The notes under the pieces are model-generated. The model had not been told where the DNA came from and ran no database searches. It saw only the letters and a list, made by a program, of their open reading frames with translations. Source: Octopus vulgaris (taxonomy: Eukaryota). Taken from it: a stretch of DNA of 64,000 nt. Within the stretch, counting starts at the first letter, position 1, and each line of letters starts with the position of its first letter. The stretch spans positions 47,120,001 to 47,184,000 of the forward strand of contig OX597822.1 of the NCBI GenBank assembly GCA_951406725.2, written 5' to 3'. Made by a program: the position numbers and the translations under genes. Positions 53,783 through 64,000 of this stretch are shown here, piece by piece.

Positions 53783-53832
53783 TTTGTCAGTGAACAGGTC
53801 GCGGATTTTAGCGACGAAAATATTTTGACAAA
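53783..53832 (+). ncRNA. Hammerhead motif with G3-C8 core
   Basis: Stem I TTTGTCA/TGACAAA, core GTGAACA+G, stem II GTCGC/GCGAC, GAAA, palindromic AATATT, UUU site. Confidence 0.7.
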
Positions 53833-54827
53833 TTAAACTTAAATGTTGAAGTGAATCGAACGGCTTTTGTGTGTTTCTTAAATGGCTTACAAACACCTTC
53901 CACGCTGCAATTGTTTTTATTTTTGTATGCAATATAAATTAACCAAATAGAAGTACATGTATGAATTGCTAATTTAACGGTAAATGCCACAATAAATATT
54001 ATAGATAAATTTCTTTATATATATATATTAAGCACATGTATTAATGTTAATTTATGGGTAAATATGTAACTGTAAATACCTTGCAATCTTGCAACTGCTG
54101 CGATAATTGTTAACTTGTAATTGAACAGTAAATGAAACCTTTCCTGAGCTGTATAACCTTTCCATCGGATTGCACTGGGAGATGAGACTAACAGGTGGTA
54201 ACCGACAACGAGAAGCATAAGAGCTTTTAAGAGTGGATTATGAGGCTTTTGCCCCAAACAAACTAAACGGATGCACACACGCACACACACACACACACAG
54301 TGTATTATGTATGCGTGTGTGCGTGTTTGTGTTTGTCTCCCACTGATGCTTGACAACCGGTGTTGGCTTGTTTATATCCCTTAACTTAGCGGGTCCGCAT
54401 TAGAAGCCGGTAGAATATGTATCACTCTTTGACCTTAAAGGTGGTGCTCCAGCATGGCCACATTCCAATGACTGAAAGAATTCAAAGGTGAACCTTCATG
54501 AAATAAATTAATATGGTGAGTTTTACCAGAAACGTTAGACTTATTATTCAATGAAACGTAGAGAAGGCACTTTATTGATGAGGTCACGAATGGTGACGAT
54601 AGGACTATGAGAGACCTAGCTGATTGATTGATTGACCGAACGATTGGTCAAACAATCAATTATCTACATTGTTAACCGATTAACAAATAACGAAGTGAAA
54701 TAGAACCAGTGCGTGTGTTATTTTTGGCATACTGACCCTCTCAAGATACAACCTAAAATGGTAGACCTTGCCTGAATTTTGGGCCTGCTTCCTATCAAAT
54801 CTCGGTTATCGGGTAGCCCAAACGTGA

Positions 54828-54884
<57 letters not shown>

Positions 54885-54886
<2 letters not shown>

Positions 54887-55439
54887 CCCTGATGCAGTAC
54901 CAGGCAGTGGCTCTCATGGCTTCTAATCTTAACTGATTGGAAGTGTTATCATGTACATTGTTTTGTCTTGGTATAAAAGATGGGCTACAGCAAATATTCT
55001 GCTCAATACCACAGATTTGCTTGTCAGTTGTTTGACCTTAACCAGTTGAGCATGTCCCTTAGTGGCTGACGATATGTACATCTCTGATCACGAGCGGAAG
55101 TAGTGGGGGAGCATCATAGCCATGTGTTGAGAGGGATTCTATGGAGTTTGAATAATTCACCTCTGGAAACATAGGTATTTCGTTCAACATCTTTAAACAA
55201 CCCTTATTCAAGGACCTTTTGGGCGGGATGCGTTACTCGACCAGAAGAAAATTCTAACTGGGCCCCACCTGCTAGGTCATGCATTGCTTATCTTGATATG
55301 AGATCACCATGTCGCACACATATGTTTGTGATGCATGTGCCTGGTGTACTCTTATCAGATGGGTAGTCATGATGGGTATACTGGGCTTCGTATATTTTAC
55401 CCCAGTGTCACTTTGATGGCATGCACTGCTCTCTCACTC

Positions 55440-55440
<1 letters not shown>
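54885..55440. mobile_element. Non-coding ~555-bp insertion inside an (AAT)n array (Dong/R4-like target preference)
   Basis: Flanked on both sides by long (AAT)n tracts (54831-54884 and 55441-55525); family assignment is inference. Confidence 0.5.
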
Positions 55441-55516
<76 letters not shown>

Positions 55517-55742
55517 TAAAAATAATATATTACTGTTACTATCATCTTTGATCTTTTACTTGTTTCAGTCATTTGGATTGCGGCCATGCTGGAGCCTTAC
55601 TTTGAAGGGTTTAGTCAAACAAATCTACTTTAGTAGATTTTTTAAAGTCTGGTACATACTCTTATTTTATCCGTCTCTTTTGCTAAGTTATGGGACGTAA
55701 ACAAACCAACATCGGTTGTCAAACAGAAAGACGTCACAACAG

Positions 55743-55794
<52 letters not shown>

Positions 55795-56447
55795 TGAACA
55801 GGCTTCCACGGGGCTATAGTAGAAGACATCTTCCCAAAGATACCATATAGCGGGACTGAACCCGAAATCACGTCGTTGCAAAACGAGCTTTTTAACAGTG
55901 CATGCAGCCACTCCTGCGTCTATTTCATATTTTGTTAACAGTAATCAAAAACGAATTTGAATTATTAAAGAGCAACATGTCTATAAAGAAAAAGTTGCCT
56001 CAAAGGAGTGTTGTCGCCACTGGTACAAAGATCCTGTCTGTTGTTGACAGTCACCAAAAGCACCACGTGATAGTTAGACGGTCAGTCGGGTCGGTTTACT
56101 AGATTTTGTTTCAGTCTGTCACTTTAAACTGTGTCAAAATAATTTTAACTCATAAAAATGAGTGATATACGCCAAAGGATTTGAAAGGGCAGTAAACATC
56201 AATGGTGTCGTCATTCACTCTCCGACTTAGTTCTGTGAATGTATGTTTGTTACGAGTCATCAAGTTTGTTTTTCTTACTATAACAATTGTGTAAACACAA
56301 AGGTACCTTCCATTGACTATCAGACAGAAAAGGCAAGATTTTTACAGCGTATGAATCGTGATAAAAAGATAGTGAAGATTGCTAAAATGCACGTCAACGA
56401 TTGATTGACATAAATCTCAGAAAGCAGGTTTTCTGTTTTTTCTTTTC

Positions 56448-56478
<31 letters not shown>

Positions 56479-56575
56479 TAATTGCGTTTAATGTGGATTC
56501 CTTTCTTTACGACTTGTAAATACAAACAGAAAGTGGAAATACATCTATGGAAATTCGTCGCGTAAGTTAGATTTT

Positions 56576-56773
56576 TTAAAAAAAGGAGCATAAACGCATC
56601 GGTACTGAACGAACCATTGCCATGCACTTTATAAATGGAACAAATGGTAGATTTATTGGCACCAAACTCGCGTTCCATAAACTTCCACGGTTAGGTATTT
56701 TCTTGATCATCTCTAACTTTTCCTGCAGAGAATACACTTGTCTGCATTGTTTATTAGAATCGGGCGGTTTCAT
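56576..56773 (-). mobile_element. Pogo/Tigger-like transposase N-terminal HTH-psq remnant
   Basis: RQVYSLQEKLEMIKKI.. then, frameshifted, REFGANKSTICSIYK. Confidence 0.55.
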
Positions 56774-56972
56774 ATTTTTGTCTATTCACTGGTTCCATGT
56801 TGATTGGTATAAGTTCGGAAATTCGAATAGAATAAACTCAACTTCGCAGCACAGTGATGTAAACACCAGCGATTGTCAGTGCATTTTGAGCAGCTGAGAA
56901 CTGTGCCTGATCTTTGGGGTTGTATCTCAAAACGTTGGCAGGTCCGGGGCTATAATAGAAAACGTTTGTCCA

Positions 56973-57415
56973 GGGCGAGCTGGCAGAAACGTTAGCACGC
57001 CAGGCGAAATGGCGGAATCGTTAGCACGCCAGGCAAAATGCTTAGCGGTATTTCGTCTGCGTTACGTTGTGAGTTCAAATTCCGCCGAGGTCGACTTTGC
57101 CTTTCATCCTTTCGGGGTCGATAAATTAAGTACCAGTTACGCACTGGGGTCGATGTAATCGACTTAATACCTATGTCTGTCCTTGTTTGTCCCCTCTGTG
57201 TTTAGCCCCTTGTGGGTAATAAAGAAATAGGTATTTCGTCTACTGTTACTTTCCGAGTTCAAATTCCGCCGAGGTCGACTTTGCCTTTCATCCTTTCGGG
57301 GTCGATAAATTAAGTACCAGTTACGCACTGGGATCGATGTAATCGACTTAATCCTTTTGTCTGTCCTTGTTTGTCCCCTCTATGTTTAGCTCCTCGTGGG
57401 CAATAAAGAAATAAG
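56973..57415 (+). mobile_element. SINE family B tandem dimer, inserted in a minus-strand family A head
   Basis: Two consecutive bodies; flanks AAACGTTTGTCCAGG and AAATATTTGTCCAAGG resemble a target duplication. Confidence 0.85.
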
Positions 57416-58431
57416 AAAATATTTGTCCAAGGTTCCGCGCAGTAGGACAAAACATGATACCACATCATTGACAGGCGTGTCTCTTCACTACACAGCCATA
57501 TTTGCGTCTACAACTCTTCAAAAATTTTATTTCCTAAAATCTTTAAGCCAATAAATGACTTGTATTTTCAAATGGCACCACTTCCTCTGTTGTCACCATT
57601 TTCTTCTTCCTTTCTCATCGCTTTAAGACATTTTCGTTTCTACCATGTCATTGTCTTGTCACTTGGTCCTTGACTACCTTTCGAAGAGACCATCTTGTTG
57701 CAAGCATTTGGGCCAAATTTCCGGTTTAAGAATATCTTCCTTCCTCTTTCACGTGCATCTCGGAAGCCCTGTATAGGGACACAGGTACTTCTTTCTGACT
57801 ATGGGATAAAGGGGGTGGGCATGCGGAAAACTCTAAAATTCTAACATACAAGCAAAATCTCTATACAAGGCACTGGCAACCTTTATCGAGAAGTAGGATG
57901 CACGAGGCATGGATCATTGTTGAGCAGACCACATTACTACAAAATTTCAAGGTTTTTTTCGTTAGGCATGCCATTCATAAATTTCGTGCACCGCATCTTT
58001 CCAATCAATGCTCTGCACACTTTGTACCAATCACTTAATCAAGTAAGCAATGTGAACGAACAAAAAGAATTAGTAATTTTATTATTACACATGCAGTGTG
58101 GTTAAAAGCCCGCTTTGCAACCATTTGGTTTCTGGTTCAGTTCCACTGAGCAGCACCTTCGGCAATGTCTTCTATAGCCCCGGTACAGCCAATGCATTAT
58201 GAATAAATTTAGTAGACAGAGACACGACGTGTGTGTATGTGTGTGTGTGAGTGTGTGTGTTTGTGTGAGATATGTGTGCGTGTGTGTGTGTGTGTGTGTG
58301 TGGTGTGATGTGTGTGACTGTTCGTCACTACCACTCGGTGTAGGTTCGTTCACGTCCCCATCAATTAGCGGTTCCGTAAAAGAGAACGACAGAATACATA
58401 CCAGATTTGACGGAAACTGCGGAAACTCGAC

Positions 58432-58491
<60 letters not shown>

Positions 58492-59332
58492 CTTTGTGTT
58501 CGTCACCACCACTGGACAATCGGTGTAGGTTTGTTCACGTCCCCATCAATTAGCGGTTCCGTAAAAGAGAACGATAGTAACCAGATTTCAAAAAGAAGCA
58601 ATGAAATTGATTTGTTCGACTAAAGCCTTTAAAACTGTGCTCCAGCAATGACACAGTCCAATGAAAAAACAAACAAAAAATAAAAGAGGATTAAACATGT
58701 GAATTTTATAACCTAGGGCAACCGTAAAGGCAGGACAACAGACTCACCCCGCACTCCCGTCGTCGATATTTCATCATCAAAACCAACTCACGTTTTCCAC
58801 TCTCTCCGTACCTTGACCTTGTTCCTCAACTCCCTTCTTTGTGTTTTTTTTTTATCGCTTTTACTAACAGCTTCTCCATGCTCGGCCCTATTCGCAACAG
58901 TTAGGCTATCAAGGTGTTGTGTTGCATGACAAAACCACTTTATTTTCCGCTGTTTAATGATTGACAGAAGAGCTTTCTGATTTGCAGTCTTCCCAACGAC
59001 AATTTTATTACATAATATTACAAATATATACAACGTTTGCAATTTCCTTGTTTCCCTTTACTGCATCACGTTCGTCAATGAATAACTGACTTTCTTCCAT
59101 TAACAGTTTTATTGATTCAACGTGGTCCTCTGAAACTGTATATAAGTGTGATCATACATCAAGATAAGGAGATCAGTTTTCCATCAGTGTTTATAGGATT
59201 TGATTTATCACTGTGTTTGTGTTTCTTCCTCACCAATCCATCTTCCTGTGGCTATTCACCGGATCGATCCGAAGCGTGTTAGTGAAAACGGGTAGACTGA
59301 AGCTGTGTGGAAGCGCCGCGCCTGTACGTGTC

Positions 59333-59406
<74 letters not shown>

Positions 59407-59525
59407 GTGTGCAGCTTATGTTTATGTAATAGTTTGCGTGGTATCTTGAGCAAGTGTCATTTATTATAGCCATAGCTCGACCCACGTGTAGATGGAAACA
59501 CTGTGTGTGTGTGTGCGCGCGCGCA

Positions 59526-59940
59526 AGGCGGCGAGCTGGCAGAATCGTTAGCACGCCGGGCGAGATGCTTAGCGGTATTTCGTCTGCGTTACGTTCTGAG
59601 TTCAAATTCTGCCGATGTCGACTTTGCTTTTCATCCTTTCGGGGTCGATTAAATAAGTACCAGTTACGCACTGGGGTCGATGTAATCGACTTAATCCGTG
59701 TGTCTGTCCTTATCTGTCCCCTCTGTGTTCAGCCCCTTGTGGGTAGTAAAGAAATAGGTATTTCGTCTGCCGCTACGTTCTGAGTTCAAATTCCGCCGAG
59801 GTCGATTTTGCCTTTCATCCTTTCGGGGTCGATTAAATAAGTACCAGTTACGCAGTGGGGTCGATATAATCTACTTAATCCGTTTGTCTGTCTTTGTTCG
59901 TCCCCTATGTGTGTAACCCTTGTGGGCAGTAAAGAAATAA
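59526..59940 (+). mobile_element. SINE family B tandem dimer
   Basis: Same dimer junction (AAAGAAATAGGTATTTCGTC) as 57220-57240. Confidence 0.88.
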
Positions 59941-60187
59941 GGAAACACTGCGCGTGTGAGAGCGTGCAGGACCACCGCCGCCACCACCGTTTGGCAACAG
60001 GTGTTGGTTTGTTTCTGTCCTCATAATTTAGCGGTTCGGCAAAAAGAGAGCGCATAGAATAGGTATTAGATTTTAAGGATAAGCACTAAGATCAAGCCGT
60101 TTGACTAAACTTTTCAGAGCGGTGCCCCAGCATGGCCGCACTCCAATAACTGAAACAAGTAAAAGAATAAAAGATAGAATATTTTTT

Positions 60188-61384
60188 CGGTAATCTTTCA
60201 GTTTAGGGTGTTTAAAAAGTAAATAAAAATAGAAGGGGCAATAACGAGGGGGAATAAATAAGTCAACTGTCAAAACAATGTAGACATTGGCTCTAGCCAT
60301 TAAAAAGTGAACGAAAGTCTTTTTGGTACTTTTTGGTTATCTCACCCCCATTAAAAAAATTGGGTTATTACCCCCACCCCGTTTTACGAGAAATATCGGT
60401 ACTTTTGGTTATCCAACTGCAAAAAATGTTTAACCCTCAATAAAAAAAAAAAAAAGAAATGATGCGCAGGAGTGGCTGTGTAGTAAATAGCTTGCTTACC
60501 AACCACATGGTTTCGGGTTCAGTCCCACCGCGTGGCACCTTGGGCAAGTGTCTTCTACTATAGCCTCGGGTCGACCAAAGCTTTGGTCGACGGAAACTGA
60601 AAGAAACCCGTCGTATATATGTATATATATATGTGTGTCTGTGTTTGTGTGTCTGTGTTGGTCCCCCCCCCCACATCGCTTGACAACCGATACTGGTGTG
60701 TTACGTCCCCGTAACTTAGCGGTTCGGCAAAATAGACCGATAGAATAAGTACTAGGCTTACAAAGAATAAGTCCTGATGTCGATTTGCTCGACTAAAGGC
60801 GGTGCTCCAGCATGGCCGCTGTCAAATGATTGAAACGAGTAAAAGAGTAAAAGAGTAAACATGGAAACTGCAAAAAATTAATAAGCATGGAAATTGAAAA
60901 AAATTAAGCATCTTACTCAGTTTGATAACATTTTAATAACAAATCATACCCTGCCTATTGAAGAGACCAAACGTCAACCATATGTTGAAGTATTGAATCA
61001 AAAAGATCTCTTTTAATCCAATCTCTTGTCGCCACATTAACTAAATTTTTTAGTGGGGAGATAACCCAATTTTTTAATGGCAATCTTTTAATGGGGATGA
61101 GGTAACAAAAAAAAAAAAAAATACCGTCTTTATTTTTTGGGAACAGAATTCTTCTATGTGAATTCGTTTGAATATGACACAAATATATTGTCCGACGTTC
61201 CAAATTGTCGCCGTAATTTTATTTTCACCCGCAAATTCTCCACATTTGCTCCACATTTTGCGTGTAGACGTCCTCATTTGTGGGATCCACAAAGTTCTCC
61301 TGGTGCACAATCCCTTCGTGAGTATAGATGTCGTCATTTAGGCTTTATTTACTTTTTTGAACACCCTAAACTGAAAGATTACCG
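60188..61384. mobile_element. Triple nest: outer MITE (TIR CGGTAATCTTTCAGTTTAGGGTGTT), inner MITE 60326-61110, family A SINE 60463-60858
   Basis: Outer TIRs at 60188-60228 and 61345-61384; inner element is homologous to 22054-22514. Confidence 0.82.
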
Positions 61385-62204
61385 ATTTTAAAAATGTAAT
61401 CCTTTTTATTAAGGTTGTTCGGCAAAAGAGACCGATAGAATAAGTAGCACTTCAAAAATAAGGTTGAGTCTATTTATTCGACTAAACTTTTCAAGGTGGT
61501 GCCCCAGCATGGCCGCGATCTTATGAGTGAAACAAAAGAGAAAAGATATACCATCATCGTCTAGTCTAGGTTCCTCAGACATTTCTAACTCGCCTACGCC
61601 ATCCATCTCGACCCTGCATTGGTTGAGTGAGATCTTCGGAGATGTATCTTGTGTTTCTGGTGAGTTGACCTTACTATGTTGTGTTCGGACGACCTACTCG
61701 AGAACGGCCAGCTTTTGTTTAGCTCGCCAGCGATGACCCGCTTGCGCTTTGCGGGGGCATTAATATACATCTCAAGCATATTTGAACTAGTAACAGGTTT
61801 TTATTTGCACACATCACTGCTTAGAGCTGTCACCCCGTATTTGCGGTGAGCCGTTAAATAGTGCAACCAGTTATTGAGCAATGACGGAATATTATAAGAG
61901 GGGGCCTGTCTCTCGAGTCACTTCGTGGCGTCTAAGTCTCCGGTCTCTACAGCTGAAGAGGAGATAACCACTTCGAAAAGCATGCACCCAACAATCTGGT
62001 TATTGGGTAATGCGAAATGGTTCGATGTGTTTATATCTTTCTGTTTACAGCTAAAAATTTTCTCCATGAAAAAACTACAGTGAATGCGTTTTTTTATGAG
62101 TTCAAATGAGCCGGAAGCATGTGCGAACTGGTAACAAGTTTTGTGTATGTGAGAGTGAGTGAGCGCTCGTGTACATGTTTGTGTAACAGTGTATATGTTT
62201 GTGA

Positions 62205-62284
<80 letters not shown>

Positions 62285-62872
62285 GTGAGTGAGCGTGCGC
62301 CTGATTTTGTGAAGAGGTGTATATAAAATATAATCTTACCCTTTGAATAATATACGTATAAATAAATGCATGGACACATCCCACAAAAGTATATTTGTGT
62401 GTATATATATGGATATACATATATATATATATGCGTGCGTGTGTGTGTGTACATATACATATATATAAATTTGCGTATGCGTGTATGAATGGTTATATAT
62501 ATATATATATATATACATATATATATGTGTGTATATATATATATAAATATTTGTGTGTGTCTGTCTTTGGTGGATGTCTTTACCACTTCAAAGGGATTAA
62601 TACCCGCCAATTACAGCACTGTAATGAAACACCGTTCACTTGTTCACTGAGCTGCCCACCACCACCAACACCACCACCAGACGTAAATGTATGGAAGGAC
62701 ACAGACTTCCCCCTCTGTTCTGACGCTTTTGTTTCCTCGTCTTCTTTTTTAGTCTCTTTCTCTTTTACTTCTTTTCCCTCGTCATATTCTCCACCCCAAC
62801 TTCTTTACTTCTCTCCTGGAGCATAATGAATCCACCACCACCACCACCACCACTACCACTACCACCACCACC

Positions 62873-62904
<32 letters not shown>

Positions 62905-62921
62905 CACCACCACCACCACCA

Positions 62922-62958
<37 letters not shown>

Positions 62959-62963
<5 letters not shown>

Positions 62964-63229
62964 TGCAGCGTGGAAGGTGTTTGTAAGCTATTTAAGAAAC
63001 ACACAAAAGCCGTTCGATTCACTTCAACAGCACGGATTTTTGTCAGTGAACAGGTCGCGGATTTTAGCGACGAAAATATTTTGACAAATTAAACTTAAAT
63101 GTTGAAGTGAATCGAACGGCTTTTGTGTGTTTCTTAAATGGCTTACAAACACCTTCCACGCTGCAATTGTTTTCGTTTCAGCACATGATCTCAGATCAAA
63201 TTACTTGCTATGCGAGTACATCTCCGTAA
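62959..63229 (+). mobile_element. G3-C8 HHR element in (TA)n, with a truncated inverted copy at its 5' side; HHR motif at 63039-63088
   Basis: HHR identical to 53783-53832; 62959-63029 is the reverse complement of ~63100-63170. Confidence 0.85.
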
Positions 63230-63241
63230 TATATATATATA

Positions 63242-63276
63242 CTAGCTGAAAGTGACCCGCTCTACGCGCGGGTAAG
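63242..63276 (-). mobile_element. Isolated Helitron-type 3' terminus
   Basis: ACCCGC..GCGGGT hairpin followed by CTAG|T on the minus strand. Confidence 0.5.
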
Positions 63277-63307
63277 AGTGTAGTTGTTACTTTCTGTTGC
63301 TTCCTTT

Positions 63308-63622
63308 CAGCACCTAAAAAGCACCATCCAAACGTGACCGATTGCAGCGCCGCCTTGACTGGCTTCTGTGCCGGTGGCACGTAAAAAGCACCAACTGATC
63401 GTTGCCGCTGCGAGCCCCCTGGCACCTGTGCCGGCGGCACGAAAAAAGCACCCACTACACTCACAGAGTGGTTGGCGTTAGGAAGGTCATCCACCTGTAG
63501 AAACACTGCCAGATCAGACTGGAGCCTGGTGCAGCCTCCTGGCTTCCCAGACCCCGGTCAAACTGTCCAACCCGTGCTAGCACGGAAAACGGACGTTAAA
63601 CGATGATGATGATGATGATGAT
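63308..63622 (+). mobile_element. 3' part of a SINE with a GGCGTTAGGAAGG.CATCC domain and (GAT)n tail
   Basis: Internal GCACxxAAAAAGCACC repeats; RTE-like tail ending GGACGTTAAAC(GAT)n. Confidence 0.7.
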
Positions 63623-64000
63623 TCTCCCTCTTTGTTTCTCTCTCCTTTCTCACTTTCCCATTCTCTTACTTTTCTTTTCTCTCGGACTCTCCCTCGCTTT
63701 CTCTTACTCTCTATCTTTATCTATCTCTCTCCCATTTATAAACAACAAAAGATCTTGAGTAAGTTGAGAAATAAAATATTTGGAAAGATCAATCATAAAT
63801 ATCAGGCAGTGGCAACGGAAAGGTCTGCTTCAAGGCAGACAGCAAAACACTAACATTTAAAAGGGACAGACGAACTTGCGAGCTGAATAAAAATAATAAA
63901 ATATTGGAAACCAAAGTTTGAAGGGATAGAATCTGAGGATAGTAGAGTCACCATGGCTGGCATTTCTTAACGACGGACAGCAACGTATTGACAGTTTAAC

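Larger units (their letters stand above)
53582..53917. mobile_element. Head-to-head palindromic HHR element (arms 53637-53766 and 53777-53917, 10-bp spacer)
   Basis: Reverse-complement arms; same family as 62959-63229. Confidence 0.88.

Noticed and set aside
61947-61990. CTGAAGA-GGAG/CTTC-GAAA half hammerhead
   Set aside because: No stem III closure, UH site or stem I partner
62826-62920. Poly-Pro ORF resembling a formin FH1 domain
   Set aside because: A (CCA)n microsatellite running into (TA)n, with no splice or domain context

Overview
AT-rich animal genomic DNA, intronic or intergenic, almost entirely made of microsatellites and transposable-element debris. The SINE families look like those of octopus/coleoid cephalopods (recognition, not a database result). 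It holds many copies of two tRNA-derived SINE families, decayed LINEs (Tx1/L1, RTE, an RLE-type element, a Penelope-like endonuclease tail), Tc1/mariner and pogo fragments, nested MITEs, several Helitron pieces, a 28S rRNA fragment and one candidate host first coding exon (minus, 24072-24183). No intact protein-coding gene is visible, and most listed ORFs are microsatellite artefacts. The main result is about 14 type I hammerhead-ribozyme (HHR) motifs from at least 8 unrelated short non-coding element families, mostly in or beside (TA)n tracts. Several have an intact core and a palindromic mini-stem III. Two families carry compensatory swaps of the catalytic 3-8 pair (U3-A8 and G3-C8). Four insertions share one architecture: a full copy plus a head-to-head truncated inverted copy. 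This points to a diverse population of Penelope-dependent, retrozyme-like elements. All folds were paired by eye; none was computed or tested.
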